From the sequence record OR083247.1: 64,000 nucleotides of DNA; one strand, given 5' to 3'. The notes beneath the pieces are model-generated. The model was given only the letters and a program-made list of their open reading frames with translations, did not search any database and had not been told where the DNA came from. Position 1 is the first letter of the stretch. Each line of letters begins with the position of its first letter. Position numbers and translations under genes: made by a program. Shown here piece after piece: positions 9,881 to 19,836 of the stretch. This DNA comes from Escherichia phage Bf23.

Positions 9881-10341
9881 AATTTCTGGAAATGTGTTTT
9901 CAAAAAATGTCTTCTAGAAATAACCGCCCTCCCTATAACCGCCCTGTATTAACCGCCTATTGCTAGAGTTTCTAGGAACATGAAAACCGCCTGGGTTAAC
10001 TAGAGTTTTCCTAGAAACTTAGGAGTCTAGAAGAAAGTGTTGTGCCATCCTAGCAGATGAGCGGCAACAGGTGTATCATCTTGAACACAGATATTGCCAT
10101 TAAAAATATTTAAATAATATAAAGAAAAAGAGACCCCCAATTTCATGAGAGTCTCTCAGGGGGCGCGTGATTAATTACGTGAGTACTCATGCCGTCATAC
10201 CGCTGTTGCTAGGCCGCAAGCTATACGAGACATTCGTGTAATAATCATCGCCCCTAGAGTTAATCAACTAGAGTAGTTGTTAATCTATGAGATTATTATA
10301 ACATGTTTGGGTATGAGAATGCAAGAACTTTTTGTTAACTT

Positions 10342-11055
10342 TTATTCCTCCTTCTTGGATTTGAGTTTGATACCTAAGGATGCGAAGTAGATATAAGTTG
10401 CTAAATAGGAAGCAGTGGATCCTGTATCATCGTAATCCATAGTTCCACGAGCTGCTCTAGTATACTCCGGAGCGTAGTTTAATATCGTGTAACTTGGCAT
10501 TCCTAGCGACTTACATAGTTCTTTAAATGTATCCTCGTACTTGTGGCACATGAAATGCACAGCATTTTCTAGGGGCGTTAACTCTAGATCTTTATGGAGA
10601 GCTACTGTCAAACTCGCTAACATCGTGCCAATCCCACGATAAACTTCATCTTTAACTAGAGTTGGTTTCTCTTTTTCTAGTGGAGGAAGGTGGGCATATT
10701 TGCCATGTTTGAAAGGGATAAGATCTTCGCTAGCTAATGCTTCTTTAAATGATGCTTCCTTAAATCTTGGGAGATCTTCATCGATTAGGATATGAATCGC
10801 ATTAGAGGAGAAACCCTTTGCTTCAGGATCTAAAGCTTTCAATGCTTTATTCACCTCTACGTATGAGCCTGACCAAACAACTTGTTTTGCATCACGATCA
10901 TATTTGATCTTACCCTTATCCCACTTAGCAGGATAATGATCCCCTAAAAACATTACTGCATATTTTTCTTCATCAGTTAGCTGGGAAAGACTCTTTTGTG
11001 TAGCACCACGCGCTAACTGAATGAGACGTTTTAATTTTTCAGCTTCTTTAATCAT
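10342..11055 (-). CDS. hypothetical protein
   Basis: 237-aa ORF, first gene of the minus-strand early block. Confidence 0.5.
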   Translation of the reverse strand: MIKEAEKLKRLIQLARGATQKSLSQLTDEEKYAVMFLGDHYPAKWDKGKIKYDRDAKQVVWSGSYVEVNKALKALDPEAKGFSSNAIHILIDEDLPRFKEASFKEALASEDLIPFKHGKYAHLPPLEKEKPTLVKDEVYRGIGTMLASLTVALHKDLELTPLENAVHFMCHKYEDTFKELCKSLGMPSYTILNYAPEYTRAARGTMDYDDTGSTASYLATYIYFASLGIKLKSKKEE

Positions 11056-11399
11056 ACATCAGACGCTTGCTCCCCTGTTTCTTTCTTTTCTGGCTTAGGT
11101 TTTCTTGCAATCTCTGCAAAGGTTCCTTTGGTTCTTTCTTTAGCTGGAAGATCTACTTTATACCACAGGATTCCTAATTGTTGCGCTAAATGAGCTATAT
11201 TCTTTGGTGTTATACTTGGAATATCTTCCCTAGCAGAGACTATAGATATTATATCAAATAACTCTCCTATTTTTGGCTTATTAGTAGTTATTAGAATATA
11301 TTCTAATGTTTCTATTTCTACATTTTCATCTTTATAGTAAAGACTAAGAGTAATTAAATCGTCACCAGCAGAAGTTATTTTTGTTTTACCAAATATCAT
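11052..11399 (-). CDS. hypothetical protein
   Basis: 115-aa ORF overlapping its neighbour by 4 nt. Confidence 0.45.
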   Translation of the reverse strand: MIFGKTKITSAGDDLITLSLYYKDENVEIETLEYILITTNKPKIGELFDIISIVSAREDIPSITPKNIAHLAQQLGILWYKVDLPAKERTKGTFAEIARKPKPEKKETGEQASDV

Positions 11400-12007
11400 T
11401 AACTACCCCTCTTATCTTCATTAAGAGCAGCTCCCAACGCCTCAAGGATAGTATCATTTATACTCCCAGGCCTAAGATTATTAAAGTGAGTAACATAGAT
11501 GGGACTTCTAAAACCTTCAGCATCCACAGGCGCTACGCTTTTCATATCAGATTCAAAAGCTTCTTGAGTATGTTTCAACTGTACAGAAGGCCCATAATCT
11601 TCACCAACTCGATAGGACTGATTAGACGACAGCGTACCACCACATGGAACATTGTGCAAATCCGACGTTATTTTAGGATTATTATTTAACAGTGCAATAC
11701 CACTTTTTGACCATGGATCACTAACATGAGTACTAGGACGGTTCACTTCAGTCTTCATGAGTTTATAACCAGCATCTATTAATGCATTAATAAGGTTATC
11801 AGCGGGAATACGAGCCTTGCCAAAAATCTTACGAGCGTTGTTGAGCCTACCTTCAAAGTCTTTACATGCTTTAATACTAGTGTGTGCAAAGGTTAGCTTC
11901 ATAGATTTGAACTGTACAGTGGCAGTTAAATCTTTAAAGCTATAATCCCACGTATTCAATTCGTGATCTGGTACTACTTGAATAGATTGTTGTGCGTATA
12001 AAGTCAT
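11399..12007 (-). CDS. hypothetical protein
   Basis: 202-aa ORF; contains one copy of the 14-bp repeat. Confidence 0.45.
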   Translation of the reverse strand: MTLYAQQSIQVVPDHELNTWDYSFKDLTATVQFKSMKLTFAHTSIKACKDFEGRLNNARKIFGKARIPADNLINALIDAGYKLMKTEVNRPSTHVSDPWSKSGIALLNNNPKITSDLHNVPCGGTLSSNQSYRVGEDYGPSVQLKHTQEAFESDMKSVAPVDAEGFRSPIYVTHFNNLRPGSINDTILEALGAALNEDKRGS

Positions 12008-12192
12008 TATTTATTCTCCAGTTTGTCTAACAGCTTATGAGCTGCTAGATTATATTGTTTAAGTTCACGATTAAGGATTTGGTTCTCACACTTTAGTTCT
12101 AGGTTCTCCTTGTTAAGGAGATGGCAGATTAGTAGAAGTGCTAGTATAACTAGCAGAGAACCTACGAGCATTAAAAGAAAAAGAGTTTCCAT
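12007..12192 (-). CDS. small single-pass membrane protein
   Basis: 61-aa ORF with hydrophobic N-terminus. Confidence 0.4.
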   Translation of the reverse strand: METLFLLMLVGSLLVILALLLICHLLNKENLELKCENQILNRELKQYNLAAHKLLDKLENK

Positions 12193-12425
12193 TATTTAAT
12201 TCCCATGTAACGTTTGAGATACGTGATGAAGTCTTCTGTTGTATGTTCTACGCTACCCTGAACCACAAACAACTTTAAAGCCTCACGCTGTAATTTAAGA
12301 GCAGCTAACTCACCGCGTAATTTCGTTATATCTTCCGCTAGTTCTTTAGCTCTGCGCATAATAGCAAACGATACAAATGTTACAATAAATAACATAACTG
12401 CTAAAATAATTACTATGATCTCCAT
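12192..12425 (-). CDS. small single-pass membrane protein
   Basis: 77-aa ORF with hydrophobic N-terminus then coiled-coil. Confidence 0.4.
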   Translation of the reverse strand: MEIIVIILAVMLFIVTFVSFAIMRRAKELAEDITKLRGELAALKLQREALKLFVVQGSVEHTTEDFITYLKRYMGIK

Positions 12426-12703
12426 ATTAACATCCAGCTCTTATCGTATATTTGGGCATGTTCTACTAATTCATTTATCGATGTAGAATTATCGTAGATA
12501 CCCTCTAGTAAACGTTTTCTGTCAAATTTATCAACCAAATACTCCGCGCCATTTATCACTACCCTATACAGCTCTGGAACTAAGGGGTGTTTGTTTGGTA
12601 TTGGGCGACTACCTAAGTCTATTTCATTATATCCCCACGTTGTTTTAAATAGTTTGTTACTAAGTGCTGCTAGTGGGTTTGACCATACAATATAGCTACT
12701 CAC
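12413..12703 (-). CDS. hypothetical protein
   Basis: 96-aa ORF. Confidence 0.4.
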   Translation of the reverse strand: MSSYIVWSNPLAALSNKLFKTTWGYNEIDLGSRPIPNKHPLVPELYRVVINGAEYLVDKFDRKRLLEGIYDNSTSINELVEHAQIYDKSWMLIWRS

Positions 12704-13142
12704 TATTTATCTCCATTCTTAGCTTTGAAAACTTATTATACCAAACTATATGATTATAGTCAAGTACAAATTTATGGTAACATGCTGGTACGGTATAAGT
12801 TCCATAATCCGTGACACGCTGCACAACCTTGTGTGCGCACAGTCGACATCCATGCCCTTCTAAATGAGATCTAGCAGTTTGCCAGTAATAACCATCATGG
12901 TCTGGACAATAGATCTCAACTTGCTGTTGCATTGTCTTATAATTTACACGCTCATACCCGAAGAAAGCTCCATGAGCTGCAACAGCTTTCTTGATAAATA
13001 TAAGGTTTAGTGCTTCTTGCTGGAAGTCGGGATGTAGTTGCTTAATCTTAGTTCTATTAATAGACCCATCCGATTTTACGAATCTATTTATAGGGAAGTT
13101 GTTAGCTTCCTCGATTAATAATTCATTTACTTTCTCTCTCAT
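12696..13142 (-). CDS. hypothetical Cys/His-rich protein (possible zinc-binding)
   Basis: start trimmed to internal Met to avoid 100-nt overlap; motifs 'HLEGHGCRLCAH', 'CPDHDG'. Confidence 0.4.
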   Translation of the reverse strand: MREKVNELLIEEANNFPINRFVKSDGSINRTKIKQLHPDFQQEALNLIFIKKAVAAHGAFFGYERVNYKTMQQQVEIYCPDHDGYYWQTARSHLEGHGCRLCAHKVVQRVTDYGTYTVPACYHKFVLDYNHIVWYNKFSKLRMEINSE

Positions 13143-13143
13143 A

Positions 13144-13347
13144 TTAGATACTCTCACAACTAAGGTGGAAACATTCGTAAGCATCTCCAGTAAACTCTTT
13201 ATCTTGTAGTATACACTTAGCCTGGTCTTCCGGTACTCCAGCATCTAATAATTGTTGTTTACTTGGCTTTTCAGCAAATACCTTTACAAAATACTCACCA
13301 TCCTGATTATACTCATTTATATCTCTAGTAAGGACATATACTTGCAT
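13144..13347 (-). CDS. hypothetical acidic protein
   Basis: 67-aa ORF. Confidence 0.4.
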   Translation of the reverse strand: MQVYVLTRDINEYNQDGEYFVKVFAEKPSKQQLLDAGVPEDQAKCILQDKEFTGDAYECFHLSCESI

Positions 13348-13403
13348 TTGAAGTTCCTTGAAAACATAAAAGGCCAGAACAACTAAGTCCTGGCCTCCTA
13401 AAA

Positions 13404-13775
13404 TTAATGAAGTTGTTTACCACTTCTTAACATAGTGGCCGTTTCCATAAGACCTAGCGTAGCATCACGCTTATTGATCTGTTTACCAAGTTCATCAGTA
13501 CGTTTACTGATGTAAGCATTAATAGCCATATTCATAGCTGTAGCGAGATCTTCTTTGGTTATCTCTTCATCGTCTAAAGCTAATTTAGCCAAAGAATCAA
13601 ATGTGCTAGAGAGTCCTATAAGATCTGATGTTTCTCCCGCCAAAATAGGATTAATATTATCTACTGTTACTTCTAGCATGGAGTTGACAATATCTTCACC
13701 GTCTATTAGACCAGTTTCAATATTACTCTCCCACTCCTTCATCTGCTCCAATAATGGATTTTTCTTTTCTGTCAT
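13404..13775 (-). CDS. hypothetical protein
   Basis: start trimmed to Met preceded by RBS 'aggaa'. Confidence 0.4.
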   Translation of the reverse strand: MTEKKNPLLEQMKEWESNIETGLIDGEDIVNSMLEVTVDNINPILAGETSDLIGLSSTFDSLAKLALDDEEITKEDLATAMNMAINAYISKRTDELGKQINKRDATLGLMETATMLRSGKQLH

Positions 13776-14184
13776 GGTAGAGGTTTCCTGTGTCAGTCGG
13801 TAAGAAGGATGATTGCGTTTTAGGTGGATGTTGCTTAGCAATCCAGTTAAGAATCAGCACGCGACTAGGAACAATATCGGTGTTATACCAAAAATCGTGA
13901 ACCCATTGACGAGCATCTTCAAACTTACCAAATTTATATGCTTTCTTAAACAATTCAAATCCAAAACAATCTGGTGTAAAGTCTACTTCGCGATATTGAA
14001 TTACTTTAGAACCAGTTAGGTCTTGGATCGCTGCATTAATTTCTGTATGCGAGAATTTTGTTTCATGAAACTTATTAAAGAATCGGTAGTTGAAGCGTCC
14101 GTTCGTTTCGACAAACAACTGGATGAAAAGATCGTTAAATTGGTTATCAAACCAGTAATTCTGTAGTTGTTGTAGTGCTGTCAT
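13723..14184 (-). CDS. hypothetical protein
   Basis: 153-aa ORF. Confidence 0.45.
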   Translation of the reverse strand: MTALQQLQNYWFDNQFNDLFIQLFVETNGRFNYRFFNKFHETKFSHTEINAAIQDLTGSKVIQYREVDFTPDCFGFELFKKAYKFGKFEDARQWVHDFWYNTDIVPSRVLILNWIAKQHPPKTQSSFLPTDTGNLYHDRKEKSIIGADEGVGE

Positions 14185-14381
14185 TTACGAACCCCGTTAA
14201 TCGCCATAATGATGCCTTCGTACATAAAGGGAAGTAACCCAGAAGTATAGAATATATTTTCTGTTATTCCTAGATGTCGAAAAAGTATATTAAATAATGC
14301 TGTTAGAAATACAATCTGAGGCAGTAATACAAAATACTCAGTTACAATCTTTGGTGCCTGATAAACAAGACGTTTTACCAT
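14181..14381 (-). CDS. small membrane protein
   Basis: 66-aa hydrophobic ORF. Confidence 0.35.
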   Translation of the reverse strand: MVKRLVYQAPKIVTEYFVLLPQIVFLTALFNILFRHLGITENIFYTSGLLPFMYEGIIMAINGVRK

Positions 14382-14480
14382 TGTTTTTAAGTCTCCTTAT
14401 TACTTTGGCCTGCTCCACAATAATGAAAACTGCGAGCACTAATAGTGCTATTAGTCCCGCAGTAACTGGTACTAGATCAA

Positions 14481-14825
14481 TCATGGGAGACGCCATACAT
14501 AATTAGCTGTCTGTAGAACTTCAGAAACACCATCATGTTGCATCACTACAGACGTTGGAGAGTAACTATCCGCCAGTTCTGTACGAACCATCTCACGTTC
14601 TTCTCCGGTATTGATATTTTTAACAATCACTTTCATATTAAGGGGCGTTAATACAGAAAGTGGTTTCCAAGAGTCCTCAATTTCAATCCCTACCTTTTTC
14701 TCGATTACCATGAGAACTTCTAGTGTATCATCTGGAATACTAATATTATTATTTACAAACTGTAACAGCTCATGCAAAGTATTTAATTCGTTAAAATTAA
14801 GTTTCATCTTTAAGAATATCCTCAA
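14481..14825 (-). CDS. hypothetical protein
   Basis: 114-aa ORF. Confidence 0.45.
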   Translation of the reverse strand: MRIFLKMKLNFNELNTLHELLQFVNNNISIPDDTLEVLMVIEKKVGIEIEDSWKPLSVLTPLNMKVIVKNINTGEEREMVRTELADSYSPTSVVMQHDGVSEVLQTANYVWRLP

Positions 14826-15039
14826 TCATATCACAGGACTGTTGCAATTCGTCAGCAATGCGCTTAACATCGGTTTTCGTCACTTTACCGATTAACATCA
14901 CCAGTAACATAGAAAGTATAATAAGTGGGACTGGGATAACAAATAGTGCTACCTTAGCTATATTCTTTGGTGCCCATGTGTGATACTTAGTAACTAGAAC
15001 TCCTACCACGATTAGATAAAACGCTAGAATAAACATCAT
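14797..15039 (-). CDS. small membrane protein
   Basis: 80-aa ORF with two hydrophobic segments. Confidence 0.4.
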   Translation of the reverse strand: MMFILAFYLIVVGVLVTKYHTWAPKNIAKVALFVIPVPLIILSMLLVMLIGKVTKTDVKRIADELQQSCDMIEDILKDET

Positions 15040-15317
15040 TTTTTAATCTCCGTGATTATCTGTGTACGCATTACTTTAGCAGGTAATTTATTATTCCCAA
15101 CTATTGCTTCTATATTATTTAATTTTTCCTTAAGAATATCCGAGCGTCTCTGGGCTATTTCAATATCTTGCTCTTGCTCTAGCAAGCGGTGGTGTAGCCC
15201 ATCATTAGTAATGAGCATACTTTCCATGTTTTTTCGTGCGTTTACAATCCCAATAACTCCACCAATCGCTACTAGCGTAGTAAGAACTAGTAACCCAATA
15301 AGAATTTCAATCAACAT
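15036..15317 (-). CDS. small membrane protein
   Basis: 93-aa ORF, N-terminal TM then coiled-coil. Confidence 0.4.
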   Translation of the reverse strand: MLIEILIGLLVLTTLVAIGGVIGIVNARKNMESMLITNDGLHHRLLEQEQDIEIAQRRSDILKEKLNNIEAIVGNNKLPAKVMRTQIITEIKK

Positions 15318-15480
15318 TAAATGTCCTTACATTTTTCATTGTTTGGAACTAGTTTACACATCTCCACATTTAACTCGTGGATAGAATTGTCTAGTTCTGC
15401 TAAACGTGTGTGAAGAGAAACTGTACTATAAATTAACACTCCTACAAGGAATGATAGTATTGAAATTGATACTCTTTCCA

Positions 15481-15750
15481 TTATTTCTTACCTTTCAGTT
15501 GCTTAACTTCACGCTCAAAAGATGCCGCACGACGTTCAGCAGTTGCCTGATGCTCTTTAGCAAAACGTGCTTCTTGTTTTGCAAGGTTGAACGCCATAGC
15601 ATTCTTGTTAAGAGAATCGTACATCTTTTTCATTGCCGGAATAGACATCTTCATGAGCTGTCCCTCAAAACCCTGCATATCGAGGAGAATTGCCAGAACG
15701 TTAGCCATTTCATTTTTAGTCATGTTTTCCATTATAATTTCCTCTCTCAT
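15481..15750 (-). CDS. hypothetical protein
   Basis: 89-aa ORF with RBS; early promoter immediately upstream. Confidence 0.5.
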   Translation of the reverse strand: MREEIIMENMTKNEMANVLAILLDMQGFEGQLMKMSIPAMKKMYDSLNKNAMAFNLAKQEARFAKEHQATAERRAASFEREVKQLKGKK

Positions 15751-15764
15751 TAATTTATGAACTT

Positions 15765-15793
15765 ATTATACAGAATTTTAAGGCTTAAAGCAA
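15765..15793 (-). promoter_or_regulatory. T5-type early promoter (-35 TTGCTT, 17 bp, -10 TATAAT) with conserved AT-rich leader
   Basis: hexamers read as reverse complement on the plus strand. Confidence 0.6.
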
Positions 15794-15810
15794 CTGAATT
15801 TTTTAATTAC

Positions 15811-16242
15811 TTACCAATCGTTAACAACACCAGAGAACTCAGAAGCAAAAACTTTCTCAAATTTTTCTGCAATTTCAGGATGATCTTTACAGATTAACTC
15901 AATACATGCTTCTGGAGCCATTCCTTCGTCTTCAGGATCACCATAATACTTGTCCCAAAGATCATCAGGGATGATGTGCTCTGCCAAATCTTGGAAGGAG
16001 ATTAGCTGATAACGTTCTGCTTCCTCAGGGATAAGGATTTCACAAAGATCTTTGTCTATATCACTGCGGTAATCAGCAATTAGCAAGGCATTGCAAGCAT
16101 GACACTCCCAAACCATCAAGCGTTCAGAAATAGGATTAGACTTATCCTGAACGTAGGACTGAAACAGGGTTCGGAAAGTAGCTTTAACTTGTTCAAACTT
16201 ATCTGCTGCTGCAAAAACTAGAGCTTTATCAACTTTGTTCAT
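15811..16242 (-). CDS. hypothetical acidic protein
   Basis: 143-aa ORF. Confidence 0.5.
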   Translation of the reverse strand: MNKVDKALVFAAADKFEQVKATFRTLFQSYVQDKSNPISERLMVWECHACNALLIADYRSDIDKDLCEILIPEEAERYQLISFQDLAEHIIPDDLWDKYYGDPEDEGMAPEACIELICKDHPEIAEKFEKVFASEFSGVVNDW

Positions 16243-16272
16243 TTTTATTCCTTCTCATCAATTTATAAAGTA

Positions 16273-16301
16273 ATTATACAGAAACTTAGGCATTTTAGCA
16301 A
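16273..16301 (-). promoter_or_regulatory. T5-type early promoter (-35 TTGCTA, 17 bp, -10 TATAAT)
   Basis: same cassette as other early promoters. Confidence 0.6.
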
Positions 16302-16409
16302 ATAAAACTTTTAATTAAAATGCCTAATCCTATACCGATAGCAATACAAATGATTATAAGTATTGCTATTACTTGTATTACTCGTTTAATAATAGCCTCA
16401 GCTATATAC

Positions 16410-16931
16410 TTAGACATTTAACATCCAGCTAGTTTTATCGTGGGAAGTATACCTACCACTCATGATGTCTTCCAGGCGTACTGGTGATTTTGCATACTCT
16501 ACACAAACGTTAATATAACGGTGGTCTCCCATTAACTCAAAGTGAGTATGCCCGTGTAAGTTCTTCTTGCCCCTTAACTCTTCTGGGTGTACTGGAGCAT
16601 GGGAAAGCCAAAAGTTTTTATACTTAACTAGGGATTGTACATTATCTACTACTCCTACTAAGTCTTTGAAAGATAATCCTTCTCGCTCTAAATCGTGGTT
16701 CCCCAAAACTAATGTAGTTCTAACATTACTAAAGAGTTTTTCGAACTTCTCCAAACCATTTCTAGATACAAATGCATCTCCTAAAATATAAAATACTGTA
16801 CGCTTATCTTTCATGGATGTAATAGTATCCATAATAAATTCATCATGCTCTTCCATAGTAGAGAAGATTGGTCTGAATTTAGTAATATTTGCATGTCCTA
16901 AGTGGAGATCGCTCCAAAAGCAGACTTTCAT
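16410..16931 (-). CDS. calcineurin-like metallophosphoesterase
   Basis: 173-aa ORF; motifs 'DLHLGH', 'GNHD', 'GHTH'. Confidence 0.6.
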   Translation of the reverse strand: MKVCFWSDLHLGHANITKFRPIFSTMEEHDEFIMDTITSMKDKRTVFYILGDAFVSRNGLEKFEKLFSNVRTTLVLGNHDLEREGLSFKDLVGVVDNVQSLVKYKNFWLSHAPVHPEELRGKKNLHGHTHFELMGDHRYINVCVEYAKSPVRLEDIMSGRYTSHDKTSWMLNV

Positions 16932-17806
16932 TAAAGAATCCTCTGTACACCACAGCTATCTTCTCGAAGCGTGGTAAATGTTGTGATTTTCCCAGTTTCA
17001 TCATTAACCTGCGCAATCGTCAACTGCCCGTTGAAAACACCGCCAGTATCAAGATAAACACGGTTTTTATAAAGAAGCGGGTAAGGTACTCCAGTATGTC
17101 CGTGAAACACGAAATCTACTCCTTTAACTTCTGGCACTTCTACCATGTATTTTTCTTTAAATCCTGCATAACGCTGGAAATAGGGGTGTTCCTCACCATT
17201 TTTAGACAAGTGGAAGCCTATTTCTTGGATTACATCTCGATCCCATAAGTATGGTTCCACATGGTATCCAGGATGGTCATGTGGGTCTTCCTTAGCTGCT
17301 TCTACTTGTGCAATAAGGTTATCCCATACTGGGGTTTCTACTTCGTTACCACATTCTTTGTACGTAAAAGGTACACCACCATGAACAACACCGTATTTCT
17401 TGCCACGATGCAGCACAGTCAGAAATACTGGAAGTTTTTCAGCCATGTCTTCGGCAATATTTTTAATGGTATCTGCGTCTAGCTCATTCATAGCCCACAT
17501 ACCGCCATTATACATCCAGTTAGCCCAATCTCCTACAATCATAAATTGGTCATGATTACCACGTACACTGATAAAGCGTGGATTGTATAAGAATTTAGCT
17601 AGAACCTGTAGATTCTGAGTGCCTCGGTCAATTAAATCCCCTACACATACAACGCAATCTTTCTTGCCGTTATACCCAGCTAATTTCAACGCATCTTCTA
17701 GCAAATCGTTGCATCCATGAATATCACCAACAAAGAATAAGTTAACATCATCAGGTACTACTAGTGTTTTATGCACATTAAATTCTTTTTTCATAATTAT
17801 TCCCAA
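16931..17806 (-). CDS. serine/threonine protein phosphatase (PPP family)
   Basis: 291-aa ORF; motifs 'GDIHGC', 'GDLIDRG', 'GNHD'. Confidence 0.7.
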   Translation of the reverse strand: MGIIMKKEFNVHKTLVVPDDVNLFFVGDIHGCNDLLEDALKLAGYNGKKDCVVCVGDLIDRGTQNLQVLAKFLYNPRFISVRGNHDQFMIVGDWANWMYNGGMWAMNELDADTIKNIAEDMAEKLPVFLTVLHRGKKYGVVHGGVPFTYKECGNEVETPVWDNLIAQVEAAKEDPHDHPGYHVEPYLWDRDVIQEIGFHLSKNGEEHPYFQRYAGFKEKYMVEVPEVKGVDFVFHGHTGVPYPLLYKNRVYLDTGGVFNGQLTIAQVNDETGKITTFTTLREDSCGVQRIL

Positions 17807-18042
17807 ATAACATTTAAAATAGTTGTACCATAGTTATTAGATAGTTTGAGAGTATAACCCTCTTTATAAATGGCTTTTATGGCCTCATAACTAATTTCAT
17901 CACGGTTAAACTGCACATAAGAACCCCCACATTCTACAGAAGATATAATCCGTCTTTTAACGTATCTATACGGTTTCTTTCTGCTCTTGAGAAGAGCAGC
18001 TCTATTAACCCTAGCTAAATGTTTTGCTTGCTCTGCTAACAT
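17797..18042 (-). CDS. hypothetical protein
   Basis: 81-aa ORF. Confidence 0.4.
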   Translation of the reverse strand: MLAEQAKHLARVNRAALLKSRKKPYRYVKRRIISSVECGGSYVQFNRDEISYEAIKAIYKEGYTLKLSNNYGTTILNVIWE

Positions 18043-18046
18043 TTAA

Positions 18047-18424
18047 TTATCTCCAATGGTTGGTATGTTTTTCAGCCTCTTCATCATTAGGCTCAAATAC
18101 TACGTGGCAATCTACAGCTTCCCAAAAGGCTTCACGGATTAAGGAGTTTTTAGCTGAGATATCTAACTCTTCCCATTCCTCCAAAGTCTCTAAGTCTGTA
18201 TCAACTTCGGTATCACAGCCAACCAAACCCAGAGACACAACAAGAGTAAGACGATCTTCACGTTCTTCGGGATAAACCTCAGCATATTCCCAAGCAGCTT
18301 CTTCAACATAATATTGTTGTTCCTTTTCTGGAAGTGACTTATACTTTTCTTCTGTAATACCCATCTCAACAGCGCGAGTACCACAAACTACGTTATTATT
18401 AATAATTAGATATGCATAGTTCAT
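18047..18424 (-). CDS. hypothetical acidic protein
   Basis: 125-aa Glu/Asp-rich ORF. Confidence 0.45.
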   Translation of the reverse strand: MNYAYLIINNNVVCGTRAVEMGITEEKYKSLPEKEQQYYVEEAAWEYAEVYPEEREDRLTLVVSLGLVGCDTEVDTDLETLEEWEELDISAKNSLIREAFWEAVDCHVVFEPNDEEAEKHTNHWR

Positions 18425-18481
18425 TGGAATACCCCTATTTCTTGTAGTGCGTAGATAGCCTTCTCATCAATTTATATAAGT

Positions 18482-18510
18482 ATTATACCAAAATTTTTAG
18501 CAAAAAGCAA
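18482..18510 (-). promoter_or_regulatory. T5-type early promoter (-35 TTGCTT, -10 TATAAT)
   Basis: conserved cassette. Confidence 0.6.
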
Positions 18511-18520
18511 GTAAAATAAA

Positions 18521-18548
18521 AGCCTGATCCGCTAAGATCAGGCTTGGT
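18521..18548 (-). terminator. rho-independent terminator
   Basis: hairpin AGCCTGATC...GATCAGGCT with U-run on the minus strand. Confidence 0.55.
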
Positions 18549-18551
18549 TTA

Positions 18552-18842
18552 TTAATCCTCTGGATTATCATCCAGGAAATTTTTAATAGCTTCGTGCATA
18601 GTTTCTTTACGAAGCTGACGTCCAATCAAAATATGATTAGCTTCTACTCGACCATTAGGTAAGCGATCCGCCAGAACTACTACGGGAACTTGGCGTACAC
18701 CAAATTTCTGCATTAATTCTGTATTATCAGTCTCTTTATGGATTTCCAAATTATAGTCATTGACTACTTTATCAAATACTGGCTCAAACATTTTGCAAGG
18801 ATTGCAAGTAGAACCTTTCAATAGATATACTAATTTACTCAT
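18552..18842 (-). CDS. thioredoxin-like protein
   Basis: 96-aa ORF; active-site-like 'CNPCKM' and downstream pattern resembling E. coli thioredoxin 'CGPCKM'. Confidence 0.55.
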   Translation of the reverse strand: MSKLVYLLKGSTCNPCKMFEPVFDKVVNDYNLEIHKETDNTELMQKFGVRQVPVVVLADRLPNGRVEANHILIGRQLRKETMHEAIKNFLDDNPED

Positions 18843-19266
18843 AGTTATTAATGGCCTCTAAGAAGTTTTTCATAGTTTTTACGGTTGCGGTGCTCAGATC
18901 AAGATTTACACCCAAACACTCGGTTAATGCTTCCTGATAAGGAGCCTTTAATCTGCCTTCTGGGACTTCTACCTTCTTATATTCTTTATTTTTGACCTTT
19001 TTAATCATAGTCTCTAGTACAAGAAGCGGTAATTTAGCACCTTCAATATCAGTACCCAAAAGTTCAGTTAAAATTTTATTAAGATCAAGACGAGTTAACT
19101 TTTTGCCCTTAGACATAGATGCACCTACCTTTGTATCAATAGATTTTTCCGCTTTCTTTTCGAGCTTTTTGTACTCAGGAGAGTCATGATCACGGAGTGC
19201 AATGTTTAGCTCGTAATGTGGTATACGAAAATGTTCCGCCATTTGAGTGTAGAAACGATCAGACAT
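18835..19266 (-). CDS. hypothetical protein
   Basis: 143-aa ORF. Confidence 0.45.
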   Translation of the reverse strand: MSDRFYTQMAEHFRIPHYELNIALRDHDSPEYKKLEKKAEKSIDTKVGASMSKGKKLTRLDLNKILTELLGTDIEGAKLPLLVLETMIKKVKNKEYKKVEVPEGRLKAPYQEALTECLGVNLDLSTATVKTMKNFLEAINNYE

Positions 19267-19341
19267 AATATATACCTCTCTTAACTAATTTATGTATATA
19301 TTATATAATAACTAGGGCTAAAAGTCAACTACTTTTTTATC

Positions 19342-19758
19342 TTAATCTACTGCATGTATAAATCTTTTCCTAACTAGATACATAGTTATTGGATAAATTG
19401 AGTACATAAGTATAGGGGAGAAAAGGGTGAAATACGCTGTAACTCCCCCAGCTAACATCAAAGGTATTAATGCTAGAGTAAGGGCCATAAGAATCATACC
19501 GAATGAAACAGCCAAAGCTATGGATATAGGATTCTCTAGTTCCATCCATAACCAACAATATTTCGTATCTCTATGGCAATTGCATTTACAAACGCCGAAT
19601 GAACCCATAATTATATACTCTAGTCCGTGAATAACCTTTATTAATAAGCTATTTCGGGTAGTTAATGCAATGATAGTAAAGACTATCATTAAAACGAATA
19701 CTACTAGACTTATTTTCCAGATACCTAGCAGCATCATAGTGAATAGTTCTGCAAACAT
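19342..19758 (-). CDS. membrane protein
   Basis: 138-aa ORF with 3-4 predicted TM segments. Confidence 0.45.
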   Translation of the reverse strand: MFAELFTMMLLGIWKISLVVFVLMIVFTIIALTTRNSLLIKVIHGLEYIIMGSFGVCKCNCHRDTKYCWLWMELENPISIALAVSFGMILMALTLALIPLMLAGGVTAYFTLFSPILMYSIYPITMYLVRKRFIHAVD

Positions 19759-19802
19759 GGCTTTCTCCTATCTTCAAAAAATTATTAAAGCCCCCTTTGC
19801 CT

Positions 19803-19826
19803 AAAAAGGCGGGAGTATTCCCGCCT
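19803..19826 (-). terminator. rho-independent terminator
   Basis: hairpin GGCGGGAGTATTCCCGCC with U-run on the minus strand. Confidence 0.6.
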
Positions 19827-19836
19827 AAGTTATTAA

